Virus record (IMG/VR): IMGVR_UViG_3300042868_010462
Location: 32,001-96,000 of that record
DNA length: 64,000 bases
Source of the DNA: a virus
Reading direction: 5' to 3' (one strand)
Position numbers and translations under genes: made by a program. Positions 30,795 to 41,405 of this stretch are shown here, one piece after another. A model generated the notes under the pieces. The model saw only the letters and a list, made by a program, of their open reading frames with translations, made no database searches and was not told the DNA's origin. Numbering within the stretch: position 1 is the stretch's first letter; each line of letters opens with the position of its first letter.

Positions 30795-31940
30795 TTAATC
30801 TTCATCTTCATCATCAAAATCGAATGTATCCCAATCATCGGGATTGAAATCGTCATCATCATCTTCTTTTTCCTCTGGTTCAATTGGTTTCTTCTTTTCA
30901 AACTTCATTTTTTCTAATGGTTTTTCTTTTTTCTTTTCGTAATTAATATCATCTATAATTTCTTGTGACAAATCTAAAAATCTATCGATTTGTTCTTTGT
31001 CATTTTTAAAAACCCCTAACATCATTTTATTGTAATCATCAGGTTTCCCCTCAAATTCTTGAGCCAACATCAATAATAAATCGGGTTCAATTTCATGTGA
31101 ATAACCATCAAGTTCCATATCCCATAAAAATCTTAATTGTTCTATTAGGGCTCTACCATAATTCATATTTTTGATTTCGTGTTTGTGGGCATCAGCTACA
31201 CCCATAATTGTATCACCCACTTCTTTGTTTTTAGGTAATGTGAAAATAGAATCATAATATCTCGCCCCTTTAACCAATTCGTGCATAAGTAAAGGAAAAT
31301 TTGGTGCGGCAGCATCAATAATCCAAACCCCATTTTTATCTAAATAGACATCACAATATGCGACTCTCCCTGTAACACTTTGAGCCATTCTTTCTAATTG
31401 TGCCGTGTTTTCCCAATAAAAACGAGAAGCCCCCGAACCGAACTTTTTGTATAAGTCAACTAATCTTGGGTCAATCGAATTTAATTCATCCTCAATATTG
31501 TTAACAGCATTAAATCCATCCCTCCAAGCAGCTCCTTGTGTTAAAGCATTTTGTATATGTCTTTGTTTTATTCTTTCGTCAAATGATGAATCTACTTGTT
31601 TTGCCTTTTCTATTTTTGTTGTAGGTATTTCTTGAGATAATCTTCTACCACCACTACCTTGACCTAAAATTGCATTTACCTTTATTTTACCATTATCAAC
31701 CCCATTTTTTATATGAGGGTACATATTAAAAAATGTAACTAAAGCTAAATCTTGTAAATCACTTTTGTGACTTGATTCTATATTTGGTAACCCAAACATT
31801 AAAGATGTGAATTCTTGTGAACTTGGTGCTTTGTTTTCAGGATTGTCGTACAGATTTTTAGCTGTTCGTTCTATTCTGTTTTTTACATCATCAGGTAAGT
31901 AGTCACTAATCGGTGCTTCAAATAACCAGTTTTTTTTCAT
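30795..31940 (-). CDS. hypothetical (putative head) protein
   Basis: 381 aa; MHELVKG motif; acidic tail. Confidence 0.7.
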   Translation of the reverse strand: MKKNWLFEAPISDYLPDDVKNRIERTAKNLYDNPENKAPSSQEFTSLMFGLPNIESSHKSDLQDLALVTFFNMYPHIKNGVDNGKIKVNAILGQGSGGRRLSQEIPTTKIEKAKQVDSSFDERIKQRHIQNALTQGAAWRDGFNAVNNIEDELNSIDPRLVDLYKKFGSGASRFYWENTAQLERMAQSVTGRVAYCDVYLDKNGVWIIDAAAPNFPLLMHELVKGARYYDSIFTLPKNKEVGDTIMGVADAHKHEIKNMNYGRALIEQLRFLWDMELDGYSHEIEPDLLLMLAQEFEGKPDDYNKMMLGVFKNDKEQIDRFLDLSQEIIDDINYEKKKEKPLEKMKFEKKKPIEPEEKEDDDDDFNPDDWDTFDFDDEDED

Positions 31941-33037
31941 TACTTCTTTTTTAATCTATTATAAAGTTTTTCCATCACAAAATCAAATTCTTCTTCCCCT
32001 TGAGGTCTTGTTTCAGGATTTTCGTATGGTGTAATTCTTTCAGGTTTTCTTCTTGGTTTTTCCTTTGGTTTTTCTGTTGGGGTTTTTGGTTTGGTCGCGG
32101 GCTCTTTTACACCTGGTTCAGACATAAATTCAAAGTCCATCATATCCAAATCAAAATCTTCATCTTCCCCTTGAGGTCTTGTTTCAGGGTTTTCGTATGG
32201 AGTTTCACGTGATGGTTTTCTTCTTGGTTTTTCCTTAGGTTTTTCAGTTGGAGTTTTAGGTTTTGTTGCTGGTTCTTTTACACCAGGTTCTGCCATAAAT
32301 TCAAAATCTTCTAACATTTCGGATTCACCAAAATAGAAATCCTCGTTAATTCTATTTTTTAATAAACCTAATAAATCCTTTTTAGTTATAGTTGGTTGTA
32401 ATGATTCTTTAACCAATTTATCCAAATTCTTTTCTGTCATAAAATTTTCAAACGTTGGTCTCATCGACTTATTAACATTTTTTCCCATTTGAGATGCCGC
32501 AACAGAACCTATTTTTTCCAAATAGTTTGCCATCGTGAAATTCTCCTTAGTTTCCTTCTTTTTGTATTTTACTGTTTTTTCAGGATGTTTTTTTTCTGGC
32601 ATATTTTTATATTGTTTCTTTGATGTACTCTTAGAAAATTCTTTAGCCATTTTACACCATTTACAATCATCACTTTTACATTTGTTACAACGAGCCCAAA
32701 ATAATCCTTGTTGTGCTTTTGACTCGAATTTTTCATCTAACTTATCATCCTCCATCATTTCAACAGTAGTTTTCCCATCCTTGTTTGATACTACAGCGTT
32801 TTTTACGTCCATTGACCCACCAGGATTCAATGTGTAGATGTCAGTTGTCTTTGTTGATTTGGTCGCATTAACAGGTTGTGTTGTTTGTTCCTCAACCTTT
32901 TTTTTGTTCATTCTTTCATACAATGCGTTTATTGTACTTTCATTTAATGATACAATAAAATCAGGAGTGAGACCACTATCCAATAAAAATCCAACTTTAT
33001 TATTAAGATTCATAAGAAAATTTTTTTTCAAATTCAA
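31940..33037 (-). CDS. putative head protein with internal duplication
   Basis: FESKAQQ..F motif; 57-aa duplication. Confidence 0.7.
   Translation of the reverse strand: MNLKKNFLMNLNNKVGFLLDSGLTPDFIVSLNESTINALYERMNKKKVEEQTTQPVNATKSTKTTDIYTLNPGGSMDVKNAVVSNKDGKTTVEMMEDDKLDEKFESKAQQGLFWARCNKCKSDDCKWCKMAKEFSKSTSKKQYKNMPEKKHPEKTVKYKKKETKENFTMANYLEKIGSVAASQMGKNVNKSMRPTFENFMTEKNLDKLVKESLQPTITKKDLLGLLKNRINEDFYFGESEMLEDFEFMAEPGVKEPATKPKTPTEKPKEKPRRKPSRETPYENPETRPQGEDEDFDLDMMDFEFMSEPGVKEPATKPKTPTEKPKEKPRRKPERITPYENPETRPQGEEEFDFVMEKLYNRLKKK
31992..32305 (-). repeat. 171-nt (57-aa) tandem duplication
   Basis: FEFMxEPGVKEPATKPKTPTEKPKEKPRRKP...TPYENPETRPQGE occurs twice. Confidence 0.9.
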
Positions 33038-33413
33038 GGACTATATCCCTTTCATATAATTTATTTTTTACATTCTCCTCAGTTTCACCAAATCTGAAAA
33101 CTAATCTTTTAACTAAATCAAAATTAATTAACTCAGATTCATTTTCCCAACCTAAAGCTACAACATCATCTATTGTATCAATCATTGAAAAATAATCTGA
33201 TTTTTGTATGACTGATAGAGAAATTTTATCATTTTTTAAAACACCTACTTTTTTTATATGTTCTAAATCAGGTGGTAGTGGATAACCATTAGATGGTTTT
33301 GATTCCCACATTTCACCCCAAACATCAGTAATATTATCACTAAATATAAACTCGTAAATGTTATCACCTTTATAATTCGGACCTAATTCATTAACATATA
33401 TCAAATAGTTCAT
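33003..33413 (-). CDS. hypothetical protein
   Basis: ORF in operon. Confidence 0.7.
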   Translation of the reverse strand: MNYLIYVNELGPNYKGDNIYEFIFSDNITDVWGEMWESKPSNGYPLPPDLEHIKKVGVLKNDKISLSVIQKSDYFSMIDTIDDVVALGWENESELINFDLVKRLVFRFGETEENVKNKLYERDIVLEFEKKFSYES

Positions 33414-34627
33414 ATCAATCTACCACTTGTTGTTACACCAAATTTTTCTCCTTCCATTTCAAAAACTAAAGTTCCCTTTTTGTTTTTACCAATAAGTTTA
33501 GCGGAGGGGTATTTGTTCAAAAATCTTTTTGAAGTTGATTCTTGTTTAAAGTTTTCGGATAACCTTTCCAACTTACTTTCATTAATATTTTTTGGAGTTT
33601 CATTGAAATACTTTTGTAATATTCTGTCAACTTTTGATTCAGATACACCATATCCCATTTCTTTCATCCTCATTTTGTGTTGACGTTCCTCAAAACTTTC
33701 TCTTCTTCCGTGTCTTGGGTACATTTCAGCCATTTCACCTTCTGGTGCAACTGGTATTTCAGGTTCAGGTAATTCTTCACCACCCATCTCAGGTTCAGGT
33801 AATTCCTCATCACTCATTTCAGGTTCTTCAATTTCTTCTCCCTCTTCAAATTTTGAAGTAATTTCTTCAATGTCGTCAGGTTCAAGTTTACTTAAGTCCA
33901 AAGCAGACAAAATTGAATTAATAACATATTTTACATCTTGGGATGACATATCATTATCTTCATCAGTACCAAATGTTCTAAGTTTTTGAGCTAATTTACC
34001 AGTAAGTTTTTGAATACTTTTGAAAGTAACAACATCTTCCTCTTGTGGAGTTTCACCCTCACCATCCATAGGAACTTCATCATCCATTGGCATCTCATCT
34101 GTCATAGGTTCTTCAGCAGGTAATGGTTCTTCGATAGGCATTTCAGTTTCAGGTGTTGCTGGTACAGCTGGTGGTGTCGCAGGTGCTGCTGGTGCTGGTG
34201 GAATTTGAGTTTCTTCTTGTTCATTGGTTTCACCACCTTTTACTAAAAAATATTTTTTGTCATCAATATTTTCTTGTTCGTTAAATAATGACAAGTTTCC
34301 TCTATAACCCTCATTTACATTTACCTCTTTCACAATAAGGTTTAAACGTTTCAATGCTTGTGAATAAGACGAATAATACTTTCTATTTTTCATCGGCTCA
34401 ATATATTCACTAACTGATTCGGTTAATCCTTTTTTAATAACATATCCATTTTTTTCTTTTGTGATATGATATGTATTTCCATCAGCTAAGGTTTTTGAAT
34501 ATTCTAAAGATTCACTCTCGTTAATTGACTGAGGTGTATTTAAATTATATTTAGAAATTTCCAAAATCCTTTGAATTTTTTCCATTCCTCCTAATTTTTC
34601 ACTACCAATAGGTTTTAATTTTCCCAT
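33410..34627 (-). CDS. putative prohead core/internal protein
   Basis: Acidic Pro-rich linkers, many INE/LTE sites; upstream TATTTATA. Confidence 0.65.
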   Translation of the reverse strand: MGKLKPIGSEKLGGMEKIQRILEISKYNLNTPQSINESESLEYSKTLADGNTYHITKEKNGYVIKKGLTESVSEYIEPMKNRKYYSSYSQALKRLNLIVKEVNVNEGYRGNLSLFNEQENIDDKKYFLVKGGETNEQEETQIPPAPAAPATPPAVPATPETEMPIEEPLPAEEPMTDEMPMDDEVPMDGEGETPQEEDVVTFKSIQKLTGKLAQKLRTFGTDEDNDMSSQDVKYVINSILSALDLSKLEPDDIEEITSKFEEGEEIEEPEMSDEELPEPEMGGEELPEPEIPVAPEGEMAEMYPRHGRRESFEERQHKMRMKEMGYGVSESKVDRILQKYFNETPKNINESKLERLSENFKQESTSKRFLNKYPSAKLIGKNKKGTLVFEMEGEKFGVTTSGRLI

Positions 34628-34688
34628 ATTTCGATTTTTTTGTTATTATTTTTTATATATAAATATGTACAATTAATCAATTCTACAT

Positions 34689-35450
34689 TTACTCAATAGA
34701 AAGTTTATTATCTATAAGTTTTAAAGGTGTTTTATATAATTTGTCAATATACCCGTTTCTTCGTAATACTTTAAAAACCAAATTTTCCAAGCTCATTTCA
34801 CCACCCCCTTTTAAACCACTTAATCTAAACTTTTTAAGTTTATTTTTAAATTGATTTAGTGTTTTTTCGATTGTGTCAATATCTAGGTCTTCCATATTTT
34901 TTATCGAAGAATCAATAGTTCTCATCCATTGTTTAGATTTATTTTTTACATCTTTCAAATCCACTTTAAAATCAAACCTTTTGGGTGTTTTTAACCATTC
35001 ATCATTCAGTAACGAATAAACACCTCCACTGATACCTTGCATATCAGTATCCTCAATGAAAAACTCAACATCAAAACCAAACATTTTTACATCTCTTTTT
35101 TGATTGAAAATTACTTTTTTCAAATCAAAATATTCAACGTACATATCTTTAAGTTCATTGGAAAATTGTTTGTAATCAACTAATATGTGCACGTCAATGT
35201 CTGAGAACTTAGACCAATTATAGTTAGCTATTGAACCAACTACAATAATGTCATCAATAACAACGTCAATGTCCAAACTTTCAATAAATTGGTAAGTTAT
35301 CTCAAGTAAATTTTTTCTAACCTTTGGGTTTATTTTATATTTCTGACCTTCAGGGTCACCCATATGTTTTTCATTTGGTAGATACCATATTTTTGGATAC
35401 AACTGGTCTTGTATCTCGAAACTACTTAAAATATTTTCAATATTATCCAT
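34689..35450 (-). CDS. Pol-beta-superfamily nucleotidyltransferase
   Basis: GSIANYNWSKFSDIDVH (GS...DxD), DVEFF; start at 35450 preferred because a TATTTAT motif lies just upstream. Confidence 0.8.
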   Translation of the reverse strand: MDNIENILSSFEIQDQLYPKIWYLPNEKHMGDPEGQKYKINPKVRKNLLEITYQFIESLDIDVVIDDIIVVGSIANYNWSKFSDIDVHILVDYKQFSNELKDMYVEYFDLKKVIFNQKRDVKMFGFDVEFFIEDTDMQGISGGVYSLLNDEWLKTPKRFDFKVDLKDVKNKSKQWMRTIDSSIKNMEDLDIDTIEKTLNQFKNKLKKFRLSGLKGGGEMSLENLVFKVLRRNGYIDKLYKTPLKLIDNKLSIE

Positions 35451-35485
35451 GTCTGATAAATATTCACATACATTGTAAATATACA

Positions 35486-35728
35486 TCAAACCTTTTTGTA
35501 CTTGTAATTTTTAGCGATGGTGGAACTAAAAAACTTACCTTGGGATTCCGATAACCTGAATCTAGTGTAAATTGTGTGCGGTACTTCATCATATTCATAT
35601 TTAGTTCCATTTTTGAATTCAACAATCATTTTTTTAGTTGCTGTATCATACTCACTTCTTACTAAATTACTTGATTGTACTTCATTTATAATTTTTGTAC
35701 CTACTATTTCTTCTTTTAATATTGCCAT
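35486..35728 (-). CDS. KTSC-domain protein
   Basis: SSNL....YD.....VEFKNG..YEY..VP......S.GKFF...I. Confidence 0.9.
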   Translation of the reverse strand: MAILKEEIVGTKIINEVQSSNLVRSEYDTATKKMIVEFKNGTKYEYDEVPHTIYTRFRLSESQGKFFSSTIAKNYKYKKV

Positions 35729-35740
35729 TTTTTTAAATTT

Positions 35741-35768
35741 AAAAAACCCCCATTTATATCGGGGGTTA
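35741..35768 (-). terminator. intrinsic terminator
   Basis: aaccccc / gggggtt hairpin with A-run. Confidence 0.65.
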
Positions 35769-35771
35769 ATG

Positions 35772-36209
35772 TTAATTAATTTTTTTTAATTCATCTCTAA
35801 TTTCTATAGCCCTTTCGAAATCTTGTTTTTCAATAGCTATTTCCATTTCCTTTTTGAGAGTTTCAATTTTCCCTTTGTTTTTCTGAAGTTCTTTTATTTC
35901 GTCTCTGATTTTAGCCGCTTGTTCAAAATCTTGGTTTTGGATACATTCGTTTAATTTAGTTTCCAAATCTCTCTTTGTATTTGAATTAGATGCTGACCAT
36001 TTTGTGTTAGGATTAATCACAAAATGAATTGAAGTGATAATACCATCCTTGGTCTTTCTAACTGAATTTCTCAATTTACTGAAATCAGTATTAAGTTCAT
36101 CGTACTTTAAGTTATCCAAGAAACTTTCCAGTGGAATTGATGGTTTATGTTTTCCACCGAAAATCTCGTCCAAAATTTTCTCAAATTTTTTATAAAAATC
36201 GTTATCCAT
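35772..36209 (-). CDS. tandem UVR (UvrB/UvrC) motif protein, McsA-like adaptor candidate
   Basis: QDFEQAAKIRDEIKEL and QDFERAIEIRDELKKI. Confidence 0.8.
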   Translation of the reverse strand: MDNDFYKKFEKILDEIFGGKHKPSIPLESFLDNLKYDELNTDFSKLRNSVRKTKDGIITSIHFVINPNTKWSASNSNTKRDLETKLNECIQNQDFEQAAKIRDEIKELQKNKGKIETLKKEMEIAIEKQDFERAIEIRDELKKIN

Positions 36210-36375
36210 AATAAATTGTTTGTTGTTAAGTTTATTTTACTTAGTATTGTACGAATTATATACCAATTAATTAAGATAATCAATAATGTCACTTTGTAAT
36301 TAAAAATACTGACATTTTGTCATTACAAGATTGTTGAAAATACCAAATAAAACATTATTATTAAATAAAAAAGTT

Positions 36376-38406
36376 ATGATAGAATCTAAAGATGGAGATT
36401 ACTCAAGTAAAGGTAAGGGTGACACACCAGTATTAAACAACTTTGCAAAAGATTTGGTTAAACTTGCTGAAGAGGGAAAATTAGACCCTGTTGTAGGTAG
36501 AGATAGAGAAATAACAAGAATAGCCCAAATATTATCAAGAAGAAAGAAAAATAATCCAATTATAATCGGTGAACCAGGTTGTGGAAAAACCGCTATAGTA
36601 GAAGGTTTGGCCTTGAAAATATTGAATGGAGATTGTCCAAGAAATCTAATGGATAAAAGAATTATGTCCTTAGATATGACCTCAATTGTTGCGGGCACAA
36701 AATATAGAGGACAATTTGAGGAAAGAATGAAGGTGATTATAGAAGAACTACAAGCCGCCCCAAATATCATTTTGTTTATCGATGAAATCCATCAAATTGT
36801 TGGTGCGGGTAATTCATCAGGTTCGTTGGATGCCTCAAATATATTTAAACCAGCCTTAGCAAGAGGGGAAATCCAATGTATTGGTGCGACCACTTTGGAT
36901 GAATATAGAAAGAATTTTGAAAAAGATGGTGCATTAGAAAGACGATTCCAAAAAGTAATTGTTGACCCATCAACTAAAGATGAAACATTACAAATTTTAT
37001 TAAATGTCAAAGACAAATATGAAAATTACCATAAAGTAAATTATAGTGATGATGTACTTAAACTTTGTGTTGATTTAGCTGAAAGATATATTACAGATAG
37101 AGAATTTCCAGATAAGGCATTTGACATTATTGATGAAGTCGGAGCAAGAAGTCAGGTTGAAATTAAAATGCCTCAAATTGTGGAGGATTTGAAAACACAA
37201 GCACAAGAAATAAAAAAACAAAAAATAGATGTTGTAAAAAGTCAAAACTATGAACTGGCTGCAGATTTAAGAGATAAGGAAACAAAAATATTAGATAAGT
37301 TAGAAGAGGAAAAAAAGAAATTCGAATTTGATTTATTAAACAAAAAGAAAGAAGTTAGTGTAGAACTAGTTTATGAAGTTGTATCTAATATGACTAAGAT
37401 TCCAGTCTCAAAAATGGATTCTGATGAAACTAACAAACTTTCATCTCTTGATAACAATTTGGCTTCGAAAGTTATTGGACAATCAGAAGCTGTTCTTAAA
37501 ATCGCAAAAGCAATAAGGAGAAATAGATTGGGGATTAAAGACCCTAATAAACCAATTGGTTCATTTATTTTCTTAGGCTCAACAGGTGTGGGTAAAACTT
37601 ATTTAGCTAAACAATTAGCTAAGGAAATATTTGGTAGTGAAGAAAATCTAATCCGTGTTGATATGTCAGAATTCCAAGAAAAACATTCAATATCAAGATT
37701 AATTGGTTCACCTCCAGGTTACGTTGGTTACGATGAAGGGGGACAACTTACCGAACAAGTGAAAAATAAACCATATTCAGTTATTTTATTCGATGAAATT
37801 GAGAAAGCAAATAAAGACGTGTTTGCAACGTTACTCCAAGTTTTAGACGATGGACATCTTACTGATGGTCTTGGAAGAAAAATTAATTTCAAGAATTGTA
37901 TCATTATTATGACCTCAAACCTTGGTGTCAAAAAACTACAAGATTTTGGTACTGGTGTTGGATTCAAAACAAACGCGAATGTTTACATTGAAGAGGAACA
38001 TAAAAGGGATATGTTAAAAAAGGAATTGCAGAAATTCTTTGCCCCTGAATTCCTTAATCGTATTGATGAAATTATTGTTTTTAATACATTGAAGGAAGAC
38101 GAAGTAAAACAAATTGTTAAATTAGAGGTCGATAAACTAATTAAAAGATTAGAAGGTTTGAATTATAATATTTCTTGTGATGATTCAGTTTTAGAATTAA
38201 TTTCTAAAGTTGGTTTTGATGAAACATATGGTGCCAGACCAATCAAAAGAGCAATTCAAGATAAAATTGAAGATTTTGTATCAGAAGAGGTGTTAAATGG
38301 TAAAATTATAGAAAATGAACAATACATTCTAACCGTAGATAATGAAAGTATAATTTTCAAAGAAAAGGAAACCAAAAAAACCAAAAAGAAAAAAGGGACT
38401 GAATAG
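36376..38406 (+). CDS. clpC: ClpC-like AAA+ unfoldase lacking the N-terminal Clp repeats
   Basis: LDPVVGR, GEPGCGKT, FIDEIH, UVR-type M-domain (NYELAADLRD), GSTGVGKT, GVGF ClpP-binding loop, YGARP. Confidence 0.92.
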   Translation: MIESKDGDYSSKGKGDTPVLNNFAKDLVKLAEEGKLDPVVGRDREITRIAQILSRRKKNNPIIIGEPGCGKTAIVEGLALKILNGDCPRNLMDKRIMSLDMTSIVAGTKYRGQFEERMKVIIEELQAAPNIILFIDEIHQIVGAGNSSGSLDASNIFKPALARGEIQCIGATTLDEYRKNFEKDGALERRFQKVIVDPSTKDETLQILLNVKDKYENYHKVNYSDDVLKLCVDLAERYITDREFPDKAFDIIDEVGARSQVEIKMPQIVEDLKTQAQEIKKQKIDVVKSQNYELAADLRDKETKILDKLEEEKKKFEFDLLNKKKEVSVELVYEVVSNMTKIPVSKMDSDETNKLSSLDNNLASKVIGQSEAVLKIAKAIRRNRLGIKDPNKPIGSFIFLGSTGVGKTYLAKQLAKEIFGSEENLIRVDMSEFQEKHSISRLIGSPPGYVGYDEGGQLTEQVKNKPYSVILFDEIEKANKDVFATLLQVLDDGHLTDGLGRKINFKNCIIIMTSNLGVKKLQDFGTGVGFKTNANVYIEEEHKRDMLKKELQKFFAPEFLNRIDEIIVFNTLKEDEVKQIVKLEVDKLIKRLEGLNYNISCDDSVLELISKVGFDETYGARPIKRAIQDKIEDFVSEEVLNGKIIENEQYILTVDNESIIFKEKETKKTKKKKGTE

Positions 38407-38417
38407 TCCCTTTTTTT
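38390..38417. terminator. bidirectional intrinsic terminator
   Basis: aaaagggact / agtccctttt between convergent genes. Confidence 0.75.
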
Positions 38418-38418
38418 A

Positions 38419-39090
38419 TTATTTTATTAATTGTTTGAATCTATCAATTTCCTCTTTTAAATTTTCTTCTTTTTTCTTTTCCTCTGTACCCTTTGTTTCA
38501 CCTGTACTTGTTAAAGGACTTGTTGACTTCTTAGTTGTTGTAGTTGTTGTAGTATCAAAATCAACCACTTCAGGTTTACTCAAATCTTCTTCAGGACTCA
38601 TTTCATCCTTTGACATCATCAAATCTTTACCTATTTGCGCTCTCTTTGAACCAGGAACAACATCTAATCGTTGTCCGCTCAATTTTTCAGTAGATAAAAG
38701 ATTTATTTCACCTAAAGCTTTTTTGTAACCAGGAAAAAATGGTTCCCACTTTGTAATAACAAAATCCAAAAGTTTTAACAATCTCATTTTTTTCTCAGGT
38801 GCGATTGATAACTTATCAACTCTTGGTTTTAACTCCTTGAGTTCTTCCATAAATTTTTCAATGTCATCAAGTTCTTTAATTACTTTTTGACTTCTATTTT
38901 TAATTTTACTCAAAAATTTAAAATAACCAAAACTTTCACCTTTCATAAAACCTCTTACACCTTGGAAAAAGTCACTAGCTTTAGTACCACTTAGAATTTC
39001 GTCTAATTCTTCTGTTTGAGATTCAGTTTCTAAAATTATATTAGATAATCTTTCGATGTCACTTTCATTAATATTTCTATACTTACTCAT
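38419..39090 (-). CDS. putative internal head protein
   Basis: N-terminal INESDIERL, C-terminal LKEEIDRFKQLIK; TATTTATA upstream. Confidence 0.6.
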   Translation of the reverse strand: MSKYRNINESDIERLSNIILETESQTEELDEILSGTKASDFFQGVRGFMKGESFGYFKFLSKIKNRSQKVIKELDDIEKFMEELKELKPRVDKLSIAPEKKMRLLKLLDFVITKWEPFFPGYKKALGEINLLSTEKLSGQRLDVVPGSKRAQIGKDLMMSKDEMSPEEDLSKPEVVDFDTTTTTTTKKSTSPLTSTGETKGTEEKKKEENLKEEIDRFKQLIK

Positions 39091-39131
39091 AATTTTTTTA
39101 TTTATAAATATAGTAATATATGAAAAAAAAA

Positions 39132-39923
39132 TTATTTTTTAGTGTATTTTTTTGTACCCAACTCAGATATCATTTTCTTAGCAATATCCAAAGTATTATA
39201 TACATCATCAACAATTACATATTCGTGTTCTGTGTGATAGTTGTAATAACCAACAGCAAAGTTTATACAAGAAAAATCAAATAGTTGTTTAAGTGCGTAA
39301 ACATCAGTATAAGGGTGGGATTGGTATTTGTTTCGACTATTAAAACCCTCCGTTAATACTTTGTCACATTTATCGAAGAAATCACTACCCTTATCAAATA
39401 GTTTGACACCCATACAATACTCACTGACCATCCAATTACCAGGAGCATCAAATTGCATAACATAACCAACATTTGAGAAGAAATCTTTATCGGCTTTTTT
39501 TGACCCATGACATCCTGTTTCTTCTGATACAAAGAAAGCTGCTTTGACATTTGGTAATTGTTTTAATAACTCCAAACAAACATAAACACCACATTTATCA
39601 TCACCCCCAATTCCAGTTGGTAATCCTTGGTCATTAAACGCCTTCAAGGCCATCTTTAATTCGTTTTGGTCATTGGGTAACATCATCTCACGAATATTGA
39701 TTGTATCAAGCTCGTGAACGGTATCTGTGTGGGCAACAACACAAGGAAAATACTCAACCTCATCAGTTTGTTTGGTTGCATAAACATTCCCCATCTTATC
39801 AACAAAATAAGGGATATTATTTTCAACCATCCATTCGGTTAAAAATTGAATCATTAAATCCTCTTTATATGTTTTGGTGGGGACAGATAAAACCCTTTTT
39901 AAAAAACTAATATTTTGTTCCAT
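39132..39923 (-). CDS. M20/M28-family zinc peptidase
   Basis: AHTDTVH, GGDDKCG, EETGC, YYNYHT..E. Confidence 0.85.
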   Translation of the reverse strand: MEQNISFLKRVLSVPTKTYKEDLMIQFLTEWMVENNIPYFVDKMGNVYATKQTDEVEYFPCVVAHTDTVHELDTINIREMMLPNDQNELKMALKAFNDQGLPTGIGGDDKCGVYVCLELLKQLPNVKAAFFVSEETGCHGSKKADKDFFSNVGYVMQFDAPGNWMVSEYCMGVKLFDKGSDFFDKCDKVLTEGFNSRNKYQSHPYTDVYALKQLFDFSCINFAVGYYNYHTEHEYVIVDDVYNTLDIAKKMISELGTKKYTKK

Positions 39924-39932
39924 AGAACAATA

Positions 39933-41327
39933 TTACACAATTCTTTTCAATCTTTTTACTAAACTTTCAAAAAGTTCTGGTGAATGTAAATAATTAGCAA
40001 ACTCTTCTATTGTGTAACTTCTTCTTTCACCTCTACCTGATGATTTATTCCAATGAACTATTACTACTTTTGAGTCGTCTTTTCTAATTTCCTCAACCCT
40101 AAATGAGTTATCTGTATTTGGTACTTTATATTGACCACCTATTTCATAACCCATATTGTTAAGTTTTTTCAATACATCAGCGTAGTTTTTGAAGGCTTCA
40201 AACTTCTCAGGTTCATCTTCTATTTCTTCTAATATTGTATCCAATTGGTCACCAACAACATCATTAAATTGTTCAAAATCAAAATCCCAACTATCCATAG
40301 CCACTTCATTATAATAACCAATATCTAAGTCCATTTCTTCACCCAATTCCTTAAATAGTTCAACAATTGTTGCTTGTTTACTTTGAGTTTTTTTATATAA
40401 ACTTAATAGGATATTTACGGTTGTCACATAATTTGTAAAAACACCTGATTTTCTGAAAACCCCATATTGTTGGAATACATCCGCAATATCTTTTATACCA
40501 ATTTCTTTGATTTTTTCTACTGCGGATTCGTTTCTTAATGAATTGTACTCATCAGCAATCCTTTCACCAACCACCGGAAAATTGGTATCTAAGAACTGAA
40601 CAACACTCTTATTATATTTATCCTCATCTTTGTCTTTTAAATCTTTTACACCAGGAATTAGAAATGAAACAATATCATCCAACTTTTTTTTGTTTTTATC
40701 ATCAAATGAACCAAACATATAACCTTCTTTCCAATCGTCCCAAGTCATATCACTAGGTATCAAATCAAAAGAACTACCATAATAACTATTTCCAAATATA
40801 GACCCCAATATCCTTGCATCCCATTCACCTTCTTTATAGTCAAAAAAAGATATATATTCATCAGCATCAAACATAAGTTGAATCATACTCTTACCAGGAT
40901 TCTTTTCGTTAAGTGTCATCCCATTTAAAGATTCATCAATGCTTCTCATATCCCATTTATCATATTTTTTACCCGCCTTAATTAATAACAACATTTCATA
41001 AGGGTTCTCAGGTTTAATGAACTCAACAAGTTTCGATTCTAATTGTGGATAATCCTCAATTACATCCATAAAGTTATTTACCATCCCATCAAAATCCAAC
41101 ACATCAGTATAGCCATTTCTTACTTGATTCAATACATAACTATTCTCACCATCTTTATCAACGATTAAATAGACATCACCATATCTATTGAACTTATTAT
41201 ATTCTCTCTTCAATTTTTCAGAAGCGTAGTAGTCCATAGCGTCATACCCTTTCACTTTGATAAATAAAACCTTATCATCCTCAAATTTAATCTCTGATTC
41301 TTCATCAGCTAATTCCTTCGGTGTCAT
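39933..41327 (-). CDS. hypothetical protein
   Basis: 464 aa ORF with upstream TATTTATA. Confidence 0.7.
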   Translation of the reverse strand: MTPKELADEESEIKFEDDKVLFIKVKGYDAMDYYASEKLKREYNKFNRYGDVYLIVDKDGENSYVLNQVRNGYTDVLDFDGMVNNFMDVIEDYPQLESKLVEFIKPENPYEMLLLIKAGKKYDKWDMRSIDESLNGMTLNEKNPGKSMIQLMFDADEYISFFDYKEGEWDARILGSIFGNSYYGSSFDLIPSDMTWDDWKEGYMFGSFDDKNKKKLDDIVSFLIPGVKDLKDKDEDKYNKSVVQFLDTNFPVVGERIADEYNSLRNESAVEKIKEIGIKDIADVFQQYGVFRKSGVFTNYVTTVNILLSLYKKTQSKQATIVELFKELGEEMDLDIGYYNEVAMDSWDFDFEQFNDVVGDQLDTILEEIEDEPEKFEAFKNYADVLKKLNNMGYEIGGQYKVPNTDNSFRVEEIRKDDSKVVIVHWNKSSGRGERRSYTIEEFANYLHSPELFESLVKRLKRIV

Positions 41328-41405
41328 AAAAAATATTTTTCTTTATAAATACCTTGGTTTATTCATTATTTATATTTATCCTTGTATAAAGTTAATTGAA
41401 AATAT

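Noticed and set aside
28972-38406. Inteins or group I introns in terminase, portal or ClpC
   Set aside because: The ORFs are continuous and of ordinary length, with no intein boundary motifs seen.
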